Shown here: piece by piece, positions 37,005 through 47,345 of the stretch | Position numbering within the stretch: position 1 is the first letter of the stretch | How the letters are laid out: every line of letters starts with the position of its first letter | Assembly (NCBI GenBank): GCA_965243025.1 | Contig: CBDETY010000003.1 | Coordinates: 6,592,001-6,656,000, forward strand | Reading direction: 5' to 3' | Source of the DNA: Candidatus Latescibacterota bacterium | GTDB lineage: Bacteria; Latescibacterota; UBA2968; UBA8231 | Length of the DNA stretch: 64,000 nucleotides | The notes under the pieces: model-generated | What the model saw: the letters and a program-made list of their open reading frames with translations, nothing else | Databases searched by the model: none | What the model was told of the DNA's origin: nothing | Made by a program: the position numbers and the translations under genes

Positions 37005-39056
37005 TCAGAACGCCGCCGCGGCGGTTCTGACCACTTCGAAGGCGCCGCGGCCGGTGGTGGCCGTGACCCGGCACAGGTACAGCCCCGGAGGCACCCGGCG
37101 CCCCGCTTCGTCGCCGCCGTCCCATACCGCCTCGTTCGGCCCGGCGCGCTGCCCGGGCAGCACCAGGCGCCGCACCGGCCGGCCCGCCAGGTTGTAGAAG
37201 ACGATCTCCACGTCCGCCTCCATCACCCCGAACAGCGAATAGGCCACCATCAGGCGGTCGTTGACGCCGTCGCCGTCGGGGGTGAACACCGGCGGCCGCA
37301 GCTCGACGCCGCCGACGGTCCGCGGCACCGCCTCCGTCGCGGCGACGACCCTGAGCCGGTCGCTGCCGATCTCCCCGGTGGCGTTCCCCTCCGGGATCAG
37401 CTGGCGCACCCCGGGGCGCCGGCGGTCGAACACCTGTCCTTTCAGCCGGGTCGACACCGTGAAGAAGGTGGTCGTCAGGTCGAGCCGCAGCTCCGCATCC
37501 TCCTCGATCCGTTGCGGCAGGTACACCGTCAGGCCCCCGGCGTCGGCTGCGACGCTGTCGGGCCGCACCTCGACCAGCGGGTCGCCGATGCGCAGGCGGC
37601 GCAGCAGCGGCGGCGACGGCGTCGAGATGGAAAGGGCGTCGAAGCCGCCGGCGCGCTCCGGGAACCGGGCCCGGACCGCGCAGGTCAGGTCCACCGGCTC
37701 GCCCAGGGGCACCCGGGCGAGCCGGGCGGAAGCCAGGTCGCCGGTCACCCCGACCTCGGCCGCCAGGTCGGGCACCAGCAGGGGCGCGATCGCGAACGCC
37801 AGCGAGTCCAGGCGCGCCCCTTCTTCCGGGACCGGGGTGGTGAACTCGACCTCGAACTGCAGGTAGCGGCCGCCGGGCATCTCCAGCGCCGTCTCCGGTT
37901 CCGACAGGGGGCTCGACCAGGGGGTCCAGTGCTCGAGGTCGTCGCCGACCGGCCCCTTCCAGCCGACGAACTTCTCGGTCAGCGGTCCGTCGCGGGGTTT
38001 GAGGGCCTGGTGTCCGGCGCGGTCGATCTCGACGACCTCCCTCTGGTCGTTCCAGGTGAAGTAGGAGCGCGGGTCCGGGTCGGTGCCGGTGCGGATGCGG
38101 ACCCCGGCCCTTGCGCGGGCGTCCGCCGCGGGCTCAAGCCGCCCTTCCCGGCGGCGCCACTTGCTGGCGTGGAAAACCACCCGGGCGGCGGTCGCCGGCT
38201 CCCCGAGATCGATGACGCGGCTGCGGTACCTCGCCTCCGCGGCGAAGCCGCTGCCGTAGGCCTCGAACTCGGCGTAGGTCCAGTGGTCTTCGTACCCCCA
38301 GTCGAGCCCGGGGATGCCGGCGTTGTAGCTGCGCCAGCGCAGGTAGCGCAGGTAGCGCCGCGGGAAGGTCAGCTCTATGGGGGCATGGATGTTCTGCGAC
38401 ACCCGCCCCAGCAGGAACCGCAAAGGCTGGTAGTTGAAGCGTTCCAGCTGGGGCAGGAGGTGGCCCTCGGTGCTGATCTCGGCCTCGTCGGGGCTGCCCG
38501 ACAGCTCGCCGTCGGGGGGGATCTCCCGCGCCAGGGGGGTGCCGTCGCGGTAGGTGACCGAGTCGGGCGGGGCCTGGATGACGAAGCGCTGCAGCGGCAC
38601 CCGGGCCCCCAGGTCGAGAGTGTACCACTCGGAGAACTCCCAGCGCTTCAGCTTGCTGGAATAGGTCGCGCGATCCCCGTCGAAGAAGTCCTCCGGCCGG
38701 AAGGCGTAGACGCCGTGGGTGTTGTGATTGCGGTTCCAGCGCCACATGCGGGGGATGCCGTCCTCCCAGAAGACGTCGACCGGCTCCTGGAAGATGCGCC
38801 AGGTGTGGCTGTTGAAGAGCTCGTGCAGGAGGTTCCGGCCGGGCAGCAGCTCGCGCGGCTGGAGAGCGCCGGCAACGGCGGCGTGATCGGCCATGACGTT
38901 CAGGTCCACCCAGTCGCCCCAGGATTCCCCGGTGCGTCCGCCGAAGGTCAGGGTGCGCAGGTCGTCGGCGGCCATCCGGCAGGGGAGCAGCGCGCAGGCG
39001 ACGGCCGCAACCACGGCGACAGGGTGGTTCCGGGCGGGTGGTCCGCGGCGATTCAA
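37005..39056 (-). CDS. Exported protein with discoidin-like region and C-terminal FlgD-Ig/CHU_C-like domain (paralog of 52651 and 55640)
   Basis: Signal peptide; YGSGF...Y.S.VIDLG, RTGTD, W.PWS.P, VFTPDGDGVND and WDG.D..G..VPPGLY. Confidence 0.75.
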   Translation of the reverse strand: MNRRGPPARNHPVAVVAAVACALLPCRMAADDLRTLTFGGRTGESWGDWVDLNVMADHAAVAGALQPRELLPGRNLLHELFNSHTWRIFQEPVDVFWEDGIPRMWRWNRNHNTHGVYAFRPEDFFDGDRATYSSKLKRWEFSEWYTLDLGARVPLQRFVIQAPPDSVTYRDGTPLAREIPPDGELSGSPDEAEISTEGHLLPQLERFNYQPLRFLLGRVSQNIHAPIELTFPRRYLRYLRWRSYNAGIPGLDWGYEDHWTYAEFEAYGSGFAAEARYRSRVIDLGEPATAARVVFHASKWRRREGRLEPAADARARAGVRIRTGTDPDPRSYFTWNDQREVVEIDRAGHQALKPRDGPLTEKFVGWKGPVGDDLEHWTPWSSPLSEPETALEMPGGRYLQFEVEFTTPVPEEGARLDSLAFAIAPLLVPDLAAEVGVTGDLASARLARVPLGEPVDLTCAVRARFPERAGGFDALSISTPSPPLLRRLRIGDPLVEVRPDSVAADAGGLTVYLPQRIEEDAELRLDLTTTFFTVSTRLKGQVFDRRRPGVRQLIPEGNATGEIGSDRLRVVAATEAVPRTVGGVELRPPVFTPDGDGVNDRLMVAYSLFGVMEADVEIVFYNLAGRPVRRLVLPGQRAGPNEAVWDGGDEAGRRVPPGLYLCRVTATTGRGAFEVVRTAAAAF

Positions 39057-39137
39057 GGTGGCGAACGGATGGAAGGTCGGTGCCAGGCCCTCAAATGGCT
39101 CGGGGGAAGAACGGCAGGGAAATGCCGGACCGGGCCA

Positions 39138-39902
39138 CTAAGTCTCCGATCTTCCGGCCTGGTAGGAGTAGTTCTCCGCCCCGGTAACGGTGCCGTCGGG
39201 GTTGAAGGTGCGCGCCTCGATCGCGGGAGTCTCCCCTTTCGAGATCCGCTCCAGCACCCCGGTCACGCGGGGCACCACGATCTCGATGGCGCGACGCCCC
39301 TTCTCCGCGGTGGCGAGCCTGGTGTCGGCGTCGTCGATATCCTCGACGTGGACGCGCTCCGGGAAGGCGGCGAGGGCAAACGAGGTTTCGAACTCGTTGG
39401 CATGTCCGGGAAGGCGCTTGCTGTCCATGAGCGAGTGGGCCTCCTCTTGCGTGTACAGGTCCCAGTAGGAGATGCAGACCACGTTGGCTCTGAGGAGCTG
39501 GCGGTAGCGGATCATCTCCTTGCCGAGGGCGTGTATGTGGCCGCCGTGGCCGTTGAGGACGAGAATGTTGCCGATGCCGGCGCGGGTAATGCTTTCGCAG
39601 ATGTCGAATACGTAGTCGAGAAAGGTGCCGACGCGGGTCGTCAGGGTCCCCGGGTGGGGCATGTGGTGCTCGGACACTCCGACCTGCACCGTCGGCGCCA
39701 CCACCACCCTCGGGTGCAGGGCCAGGGCGGCCTGGTGCGCCACGTGGGTGACCGCGGCGCTGTCGTGGCACATTTCGAGATGCTCGAGGTGCTGCTCGAT
39801 GGTGCCGGTCGGCACCACCGCGGCCTCGATGGTGCCGGCTGCCAGCATCTCCCTGAACTCCTTGCGGGTGAAATCTCCAATAAGGATGCGCTTCTCTCGC
39901 AT
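39138..39902 (-). CDS. Creatininase / creatinine amidohydrolase family protein
   Basis: P.G.IEQH..HL...D, GVSEHH...PGT, LNGHGG and GHA.E.ETS motifs. RBS GGAG upstream of the ATG at 39902. Confidence 0.9.
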   Translation of the reverse strand: MREKRILIGDFTRKEFREMLAAGTIEAAVVPTGTIEQHLEHLEMCHDSAAVTHVAHQAALALHPRVVVAPTVQVGVSEHHMPHPGTLTTRVGTFLDYVFDICESITRAGIGNILVLNGHGGHIHALGKEMIRYRQLLRANVVCISYWDLYTQEEAHSLMDSKRLPGHANEFETSFALAAFPERVHVEDIDDADTRLATAEKGRRAIEIVVPRVTGVLERISKGETPAIEARTFNPDGTVTGAENYSYQAGRSET

Positions 39903-40445
39903 TGTTGTCTCCTCTCGAACTGCTGTCCCCTCGGCGGGACCAGGGGAAGCAATGGTTGGGTAAGGTGGCCGGGCAGGCAGCCGGTATTCCGGGAAGTGTC
40001 CGGGGTTTTGAAATGGCGCGCCTTGTACCCGTGCGACTTGGGGAAAGGATCGGGGCGCAGGCTGTAGAATAGGCCATCCCTCTTGGGCCAACCAGAATAC
40101 CGGATCACCTGACGCCGCCCCCGGGTCAGCCCCGGGTCGCCGCTGCGCCTGACGACGCTGCGCGAGAAGGGGCGCCGGCTGCGGCACATGCTCCCGCGAC
40201 AGGTGCAGACCGGGGTGCCGTCGGCCGCCCGGGCGATGCCGGCGAAGGCCTCGTTGATACCGTCGTTTCGGGAGAGGGTTTATTTCTCCATAGTTTGGTC
40301 GCCATCCGGAAGGGTGTGGAAGCGGGGCAGGCCGGGGGATCGGATTCGTCTCCCGGATCCCCGCGCAGAAGGGAGGGACAAGATGGCATGCGGTCCCGCC
40401 CGGGGGCAACGGGCGGGATTCCCTGCCGAAAAGGACTCGGGAACC

Positions 40446-42038
40446 ATGGCAAAACCGCGCATCATGTTCGACCACGACGGGCGGCATCCCCTCATCTACA
40501 TGTACGAGCCCCCGATACGGAGAGAGGAGCTGGAGGCCGCCGTGGACGAGCTGGTCGGCACTCCCGTGGAGGCGCTGATGCTGACCCTGGGGGACATCCG
40601 CAGCCTTCTCTACGATTCCCGGGCCGGTGAGCTCTGGGGCCGGGACGTCGAGAAGTGGCCCCACCTGATCTGGCGGAGGGCCAACCAGAACTTCAGATCC
40701 CTTGTCGCCGGGGGGAACGACCCTCTGCGGGTGCTGTGCGAGCGGGCCCACGCCAAGGGGATGCAGCTCTACGCCACCCTGCTGGCCCAGCAGGGGCCGA
40801 GGGAGCGCATGCTGAAAAGCTGGGAGGAGGAGGATTTCTCCGCCGACGACTGGCGGTTCAGGCTGCACCCGCTCGACATAGGCTCCAGGGGCGGGGTGGA
40901 GCGCGACTGGCCGGGTTACCGCTGCCCCGACTTCGCCCACCCGGAGGTGCGGGCACGCACCCTGGCCGTTGTCGAGGAGGTCGTGGCCAACTACCCGGTT
41001 GACGGCTTCGAGCTGCAGCTGAACTACACCCCCTGGTATTTCCACCCCGACGAAACGGAAGCGGGAAGGCCGATCATGACCGAGTGGATCGGACAGGTGC
41101 GCGAGGCGGTCAAGGCCCGGGGCGGCGGACGGGAGCTTGCCGTGCACGTGCCCGCCGACGTCGAAGGGGGGCTGGCGGTCGGCCTCGAGCCGCTGGAGTG
41201 GATGCGGCGGGGAATCGTCGACGCGGTGATCCCGGAGGCCTCCGGCATGGCGGACCCGTCGGCCGATTTCACTCCCTTCGTCGAGGCGGCGCGCGGCACC
41301 TCATGCCGGGTGATCGCCGCCATCCAGAACCGGGTCAACTCCGACCGCATCGGGGAGGGGACCATCGAGATGATGAGGGCGGGGGCCTGCAACTTCTGGG
41401 CGCAGGGGATCGACGGCCTCTACCTCGCGCACTGGTTCGGGAGCTGGCCGTACGGGGCGGAATTCTACGAGAAGCTGCGCGAAATCGCAGACCCGGAGGT
41501 GATGGCGGCGAAGGACAAGTTCTACCGCGTGCCGACTGCGACGGAAGCGCCGCCGAAACCGGTGGTGCCGCCGCAGAAGCCCGACCCGCTGCCCGCGCCG
41601 CTGCAGGAAGGGGCGGCGGTGCGCCTGGAGTTCGCCGTCAGCGACGACCTGCCGTGCCGGGACCGCGCCGGCAGGGTGCACGAGGTGCTCCTGCGGGTGC
41701 GGCTGGCCGAGGTCACGGAGCTGGACCGCATCGAGTTCGCGCTCAACGGCAGGGTCCTGCCGGAGCGTCTGCTGCGCCGGCTCAACCAGATGTACGTCAT
41801 GTCGGCGCCGAGGTTCCGGGTTTTCGGGTACTGGTTCATTTTCCGGCTCGACCGGGAGCACTGGCCTGCCCGCGGCGGCAACGTCCTGGAGGTGACCCTG
41901 GTGCGCAGGGATCCGGCGGTGATTCCGGAGGCGAGCGTCCGCGACGTCGAGATCGAGGTCAGGTACCTGAAGGGGAAGAGCTTCCACCGGGACTTCGTCG
42001 ACCCCGACCTCGGCCCCTGGGAGCGCAAGGGCTCGTGA
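40446..42038 (+). CDS. GHL10/DUF187-like TIM-barrel glycoside hydrolase-like protein (no signal peptide)
   Basis: DPL.....AHAKG, DFAHPEVR......E....Y.VDG.EL and G.DG.YL motifs. Confidence 0.7.
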   Translation: MAKPRIMFDHDGRHPLIYMYEPPIRREELEAAVDELVGTPVEALMLTLGDIRSLLYDSRAGELWGRDVEKWPHLIWRRANQNFRSLVAGGNDPLRVLCERAHAKGMQLYATLLAQQGPRERMLKSWEEEDFSADDWRFRLHPLDIGSRGGVERDWPGYRCPDFAHPEVRARTLAVVEEVVANYPVDGFELQLNYTPWYFHPDETEAGRPIMTEWIGQVREAVKARGGGRELAVHVPADVEGGLAVGLEPLEWMRRGIVDAVIPEASGMADPSADFTPFVEAARGTSCRVIAAIQNRVNSDRIGEGTIEMMRAGACNFWAQGIDGLYLAHWFGSWPYGAEFYEKLREIADPEVMAAKDKFYRVPTATEAPPKPVVPPQKPDPLPAPLQEGAAVRLEFAVSDDLPCRDRAGRVHEVLLRVRLAEVTELDRIEFALNGRVLPERLLRRLNQMYVMSAPRFRVFGYWFIFRLDREHWPARGGNVLEVTLVRRDPAVIPEASVRDVEIEVRYLKGKSFHRDFVDPDLGPWERKGS

Positions 42039-42193
42039 AAGGACTCGGGCTGTCCGGGCCGGTTCGCCGGGGGTGTTCTCGGGGACGGCTCGGCTGTCCG
42101 CCGGCAGCCGCGGGAGCCGTGCTGTGCTCGTGGAAGGCCTCAAACTCCCGGCGGCGGCGACAGGAGAACAGAAGGAAATAAGGAGGGTCGACC

Positions 42194-43564
42194 ATGAAGC
42201 TGTGGATGGATGTAATGCGGGATCTCGAGAGCGTGATGAACGATCACGAGCGCATACTCGACGCCTGGGCGGGGGGGGGCGTCGACGGCGTCGTGTTCGG
42301 TCCGCTCGTGTTCGGCACTTCGAAACTGTCGAAGAACGCGCAGGCCGCCCCGGCCGGCGACACCGTGGCCGAGGCGTACGATCCGAACCCGTCCGTGTAT
42401 GCGCGGCTCGGGGTAGAGCCGCCGCCGCCGCCGGAGCACAAGCTGCCCGGGAAACGGGCCCTGCTCGAAAAGACGATGAACGCCGCCAGGGATCGGGGCA
42501 TGCAGGTTTACTGCATGTACGCCGACGGCGGCGCCGGTCCGGGCGGGCAGGGCCACCACCTGCACGACGACAGGACGCTGGCATCGCGGGTGGCGCGCAT
42601 GGTCGACACCCTGGAGCACTTCCCGATGGCGGACGGCGCCGTGATGGACGGGCCGGAGTGGGGGTACGAAATCGCCCCCCATCACATGGACCACCGCTCC
42701 TTCTTCTTTCACGACCTGCCGGAATCCGCAGCGCCGATGGCCGCGGATCTGGGGTACGACTACGAGGCTATGGTGGCGGCCAAAGACAGGCTCCTTTCCC
42801 TGTTCCACAACCTCGACCCGGTGCGCATCCGCGGACACGCCCGCGGCGGCCTGGTCGGAGCCTACCGCATGCTCGGGGCCGATCCCGACCTGATGGCCTG
42901 GATGTCGTTCCGGGCCGACTCGCTGACCCGCTATTTCCGCCGCATCCGCGAAGGCGTCGCCGCCGAGCTGGAGCGCCCGGTGCGCCTGGGATGCGGCCCG
43001 CGCTCGGCCGCCTTCGCCCCATTGTGCGGGTACGACTTTGCCGACCTGGGCCGGTTCATGGATTTCCTGATGCCGAAGCACTACTTCTTTCAGCGCGGCT
43101 TCGACGGTTTCCTCGGCACGGTCTACCGCTATTCGCAGACGCTCCTGGAGTGGAATCCGGGGATCAGCGTGGCCGACACCCTCGATGTCGTGGAAGCTCT
43201 CTTCGGCGTCGTCCTGCCGGGCGTGGGGGACGACATGCTCGATTTCGAGAGCGCCCTCAGTCCGGAGTTTTTCGAGGAGGTGGTAACGCAGGAGACGCGG
43301 CGGGCCCTGGCCTCGGTCGACGATCCGGAACGCATCGTGCCCTGGCTCGACACCGGCCGCTTTCCCCACGACGGCGACCCGATGTCGGCGCGCGACCTCA
43401 AGATGCTGCTCGACGCCGCCGAGGCCGCCGGGCTCAGGCGTTTCAACTACCACCACCAGGGCAACCTCAGCCCGGGTGAATGGGTGGTCATCAGCGACAA
43501 ATGCGGAACCCGCTGGGACCCGCGCAAGAGCGACTACGAGCCGCCGGACGAACTGGTGCTGTAG
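42194..43564 (+). CDS. Hypothetical protein, probable glycoside-hydrolase-like TIM barrel
   Basis: Strong RBS (AAGGAGG); DG..MDGPE, W..FR and GYD...L....DFL.PK.Y motifs. Confidence 0.65.
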   Translation: MKLWMDVMRDLESVMNDHERILDAWAGGGVDGVVFGPLVFGTSKLSKNAQAAPAGDTVAEAYDPNPSVYARLGVEPPPPPEHKLPGKRALLEKTMNAARDRGMQVYCMYADGGAGPGGQGHHLHDDRTLASRVARMVDTLEHFPMADGAVMDGPEWGYEIAPHHMDHRSFFFHDLPESAAPMAADLGYDYEAMVAAKDRLLSLFHNLDPVRIRGHARGGLVGAYRMLGADPDLMAWMSFRADSLTRYFRRIREGVAAELERPVRLGCGPRSAAFAPLCGYDFADLGRFMDFLMPKHYFFQRGFDGFLGTVYRYSQTLLEWNPGISVADTLDVVEALFGVVLPGVGDDMLDFESALSPEFFEEVVTQETRRALASVDDPERIVPWLDTGRFPHDGDPMSARDLKMLLDAAEAAGLRRFNYHHQGNLSPGEWVVISDKCGTRWDPRKSDYEPPDELVL

Positions 43565-43570
43565 GAGCCC

Positions 43571-45199
43571 CTACTGCTCCCCGGGCCCGATGACGCGGCG
43601 GGCCCGGTCGCTCAATCGCTGCGGAGTCCACCTGGGCTCGCGGACGAGGCGTACTTCGACCTCTCCGACGCCGCTCAGGCGGGCGCGGAGCCGCTCCTCG
43701 ATGCCGTCGGAAAACCAGTCGAACCAAGTCTCGCGGCCTGCGTACGGCATGACGATGTCGACGCGGATGTCACTGCCCTCGATGGCGACCTCCTGAACGA
43801 TGCCGATATCGACGAAGCTGAGCTGGCGCTGCCCCCAGGGCGACCCCTCGACGTAGAGCTCGAATTCGTTCGTTGCCCGCAGCGCGTCCATTGCATTGTC
43901 GAGGCTGACCGGCCTGGGAACCGGGTGGGCTTCCCCCTGGGTGACCGGGTTGAGAAGGCGCTCCTGGTGGCCGACGAGGTCGGCGAGGCCGCGGTGTTCT
44001 CCCCCTTCTTCGTACCGGTGCAGGACGTAGGCGTTCTTCTCGTACACGTGCTCGCCGGCGCGCATCGCCGCGTGCTGCACCGGATAGCGGACCCAGGTGC
44101 CGGTGTGCGAGAATCCGGCGTGGGCCGGCTGCGGCCAGCCGGGGTTGGTGTTTTCGAATTCGAGGTGAATGCTGCCGAATCCTTCGCCGGTTTCGCGGTT
44201 GAAATGGGTCACCCAGCGAGGGTCCTCCCGCTTCCAGCCGCGGGCGCCGAAACCGATCTCTCCATCCTGCCCCATCCAGGCTCGTTCGGGCAGCTGTTCG
44301 CCGATGACGAACTCGTCGTTGCGGCAGTCGCGGAAACGCACGTCCTCGAGAACATCGAGCTTCGATTCCATGATGACGTACGGCTGACCGGCCCAGAAGC
44401 TGTAGGTCACGGCAGCCATGACCTTGTGAGGCCGGCCGACCCGGGGGCCGATCGACAGGATCGGGTGCCCCCAGCGGCGGATGCGCACGCAGACCGGTCC
44501 CCTGATCACTTCGTAGTCGAACAGGGGCGGGCCGTCCCAGTTGGTGAGCCGGTAGCGGCCGACGCGCTCGTCGCTCCAGTCCGGCCCCCAGTGAATGGTG
44601 CCTTCGACGCCGTGGCCGTGCCGGTTTACGAGTTCTGCCGGGCCCCTTTTCGAGTAGTGATCCTTCCAGTTGCCGTTCATCTTCCCGAGGACCGCGCGGT
44701 AATGCTCGTTTTCCACCTCGAGGGCGTACCCCTCACCCGAGACCTCGAGGCCGGTGTCGTAGCAGGGGGCGGGCGCCTCCGGGTTGCCGTACAGCAGGAG
44801 GTAGGTCGCCGAACCCCCGGCCGCCGCATCGGCGAGGAAGAACAACCGGCAGCGCAGCAACCCGTCCTCGCGGTCCACGAGGTGAACCTGGCTCGGGACT
44901 ACTTCTACAGGACCGGTTTCGCCGTGGAGACGGGCGACGCGGATCTCGCGGCCGAGGTCGGTAATCTGGCCGGCGTGAATGTCCACGTCCGCTTCGACCG
45001 GTTCTCCCCGGCGCTCGTGCGCCGTGTCGTTCACCAGCACCATGCGCTTGGCGTACTTCCACCCGGGGGGCGGTGGGCCCCAGGATTGCGGCAGGGATGC
45101 GGTCGCGTCCCAGTCGCAGGCGGGAATGTAGATGGGAGAGTCCTTCATAATGGGAGAGTCCTTCATATGGGATTGGACGCTTCCGGTCCTGAAAGCCAT
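43571..45199 (-). CDS. Hypothetical protein with C-terminal DUF59 (FeS_assembly_P/PaaD-like) domain
   Basis: C-terminus AL.......SFVDIGIV.EV......V.I.M...V.V.LV.EP.WTP.RLS..AR. The start overlaps the upstream stop (TGATG). Confidence 0.7.
   Translation of the reverse strand: MAFRTGSVQSHMKDSPIMKDSPIYIPACDWDATASLPQSWGPPPPGWKYAKRMVLVNDTAHERRGEPVEADVDIHAGQITDLGREIRVARLHGETGPVEVVPSQVHLVDREDGLLRCRLFFLADAAAGGSATYLLLYGNPEAPAPCYDTGLEVSGEGYALEVENEHYRAVLGKMNGNWKDHYSKRGPAELVNRHGHGVEGTIHWGPDWSDERVGRYRLTNWDGPPLFDYEVIRGPVCVRIRRWGHPILSIGPRVGRPHKVMAAVTYSFWAGQPYVIMESKLDVLEDVRFRDCRNDEFVIGEQLPERAWMGQDGEIGFGARGWKREDPRWVTHFNRETGEGFGSIHLEFENTNPGWPQPAHAGFSHTGTWVRYPVQHAAMRAGEHVYEKNAYVLHRYEEGGEHRGLADLVGHQERLLNPVTQGEAHPVPRPVSLDNAMDALRATNEFELYVEGSPWGQRQLSFVDIGIVQEVAIEGSDIRVDIVMPYAGRETWFDWFSDGIEERLRARLSGVGEVEVRLVREPRWTPQRLSDRARRVIGPGEQ
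45132..45167. repeat. Exact 18-bp tandem duplication (ATGGGAGAGTCCTTCATA x2)
   Basis: Read directly from the sequence. It encodes MKDSPI twice on the minus strand. Confidence 0.95.
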
Positions 45200-47253
45200 C
45201 AACGCGACCGCCTGCCGCTCGCCGGTTCCCCTTCCGACAACCGCTCCGCCTTGTCGAGGGCGGCGCGGGCGCGCCCGGTCTGCCCGCGCCGGGAGTAGAG
45301 CGCCGCCAGGTTCCGGTGCGCCACAGCCGACGTGGAATCGTGGCGGATCGACTGCAGGAGGGCGGCCTCGGCAGCTTCCGGATCGCCGCGCAGGAGGTAG
45401 AGCACACCGAGGTTGCGCAACGCCGGGGCGAAGGTGGAATCCAGCTCCACCGCCTGTTCGAGGGCCCGGACCTGGGACCCTGCATCCCCGAGCTTCCCCC
45501 TGGCGTTCGAGAGCCCGTAGTAGGCGTTGGGGTCCCGCCGGTGCTCGAGGGCGCGTTCGAAAGCCCGGGCGGCCTCGCCGAACTGCTCCTCCTGCATATA
45601 AGCGTCGCCGAGGGCGAGGTTCCCCTGGTACCGGGGTATCGGCCGCAGGTCGATTGCCAGCCCCTGTTTGAGCGCGGCGATCGCTTCCCGGCGCCGGCCG
45701 AGCCGGAGGTACAGGGCCCCGAGGTTGAATCGCGGCTGCGCGTAATCCTCCGCGAGGGCGATGGCCCTTTCGAAGGCGTCCTCCGCGTCGCCGTGACGGC
45801 CCTGGGCTGCGCAGGCGGTTCCCAGGCCGTTCCAGAGGTCGGGGTCGTCGGGATTCTCCGCCAGCCCGTTTGCGTAGGCTGTTTCCGCGGCGGCCGGATC
45901 CCCGCTCCTGAAATGAACCATCCCCATGAGAAAGGCGGGCCGGACGTGGTCCACCTGCCTGGCGTCGACGCCGGTGTGAACGAGGGCGGCGGCGGCGGCG
46001 AGCACGGCGGCCAAGCCCGCGGTCCGGCGCCAGTCCCCGGCGCGCAGAAAGGCCGCGAGAAGCGAGAATCCGTGGGCGGCGAGGATGATGAGGAACGGGG
46101 CGGCGGGGACGCGGTAGCGGGCGCTGACAGTGAACAGCATCCCGGTGGCGAGGGATACCAGCACGAAGGTCCACAACAGGAGGTAACGGTCATCGCGGCG
46201 CCCCCCCGGAAACAGGCCGGCGACAGCCAGGGGGGCGACGACGCCGAAGTTGACGAGGAGTATCCGGTACAGGATCGAATGTTCCCGGTAATACGACAGG
46301 TCGCTGCTCACCGGTATCTCGAAGGCGTTCCAGAAGAGCCGGAACTTGCGATAGAGCAGATGCAGGTACTGGGAGGGGTTTTCCGCGGCGAAACCGACCC
46401 CGGAGCGCAGGTAGTAGAAGCCCCGTGAAACCGGTTCGACGAATCCGGCCCGCAGCGGCAGCAGCTCGTGGCGCTGCCACTGCAGCCCCTGGCGGACGTA
46501 CGGCGTGCCGTCCGCTTCGGGGTTGGCCCCCATGTAGAAACTCCACGCCCCCTGGAACGGCAGCGGCCCCCCCTGCACGATGTGGTTGCGCAGCGCCAGC
46601 GGTGAAAGGGTCAGCACGAGGGCAATCGCGAAGGAGGGCCACAGGCGCCGCCGGCCGCCGTCGTGAGCCGCGCGGGGGCGGCGGCAGATCCACCAGAAGA
46701 CCACGGGGATTGCCAGCAGGGCGTTGGCGCGGGTCGCGACGAGCAGGCCCAGGAGAACTCCCGCTGCCGCGCCAGTACCGTGGCCGGGGCGCCCGTCGAA
46801 GCGGAGCAGCGTGTCTACCAGCAGCAGCTGTATGAAAATGAAGAGGGTGGTCGCGAACAGTTCGCCGCCGAAGAACAGGAAAGGCCAGTAGGCCGCCGCG
46901 GCCGTACCGGCGATCGCGGCCGCGCCGCGGTCGAAGACATTGCGGGCGATGCGGTAGACGAGGACGCACGAAAGCGCCCCCAGGAACGCCTGCCACAGCC
47001 GGAAGTCGGCCGCTCCGAAGCCGGGGATCTTGAGGGCGGCCAGGAACGCGGGATACCCCAGGCCGTGGACGTAGGTCTGCTTTTCGTCGAGCCGCCAGTT
47101 CCCGCGCCTCAGTTCCCCGGCGAGGTGGTCGTATTCCTCGGCGTCGAGGATGAGGGTGTCGAAGTAGGGTGACCCGGAGACGTCGGCGAGGTAACCCAGA
47201 CGCAGCAGAAGGGCGAGCAGGAAGATCGCGAGGACCGGGGTCCGGTTTGCCAT
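45199..47253 (-). CDS. GT-C fold (GT39/ArnT/PMT-like) membrane glycosyltransferase with C-terminal TPR repeats
   Basis: LLLRL..L...D...Y in the first loop, GYP.FLA, multiple TM helices, RYR.P, then several TPRs (NLG..Y, AHRNLA.LY). Confidence 0.82.
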   Translation of the reverse strand: MANRTPVLAIFLLALLLRLGYLADVSGSPYFDTLILDAEEYDHLAGELRRGNWRLDEKQTYVHGLGYPAFLAALKIPGFGAADFRLWQAFLGALSCVLVYRIARNVFDRGAAAIAGTAAAAYWPFLFFGGELFATTLFIFIQLLLVDTLLRFDGRPGHGTGAAAGVLLGLLVATRANALLAIPVVFWWICRRPRAAHDGGRRRLWPSFAIALVLTLSPLALRNHIVQGGPLPFQGAWSFYMGANPEADGTPYVRQGLQWQRHELLPLRAGFVEPVSRGFYYLRSGVGFAAENPSQYLHLLYRKFRLFWNAFEIPVSSDLSYYREHSILYRILLVNFGVVAPLAVAGLFPGGRRDDRYLLLWTFVLVSLATGMLFTVSARYRVPAAPFLIILAAHGFSLLAAFLRAGDWRRTAGLAAVLAAAAALVHTGVDARQVDHVRPAFLMGMVHFRSGDPAAAETAYANGLAENPDDPDLWNGLGTACAAQGRHGDAEDAFERAIALAEDYAQPRFNLGALYLRLGRRREAIAALKQGLAIDLRPIPRYQGNLALGDAYMQEEQFGEAARAFERALEHRRDPNAYYGLSNARGKLGDAGSQVRALEQAVELDSTFAPALRNLGVLYLLRGDPEAAEAALLQSIRHDSTSAVAHRNLAALYSRRGQTGRARAALDKAERLSEGEPASGRRSR

Positions 47254-47345
47254 GTGAAATCGGTTCTGTATCCTTAACAACCCGCCACAGCCAGCCCCTG
47301 CCGCAACGGTTTCACAACCGGGAAAACAGAGGAAACAAAGGAAGG

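Noticed and set aside
36999-40067. 1022-aa plus-strand ORF
   Set aside because: It is an antisense shadow of the 37005 gene and the creatininase gene.
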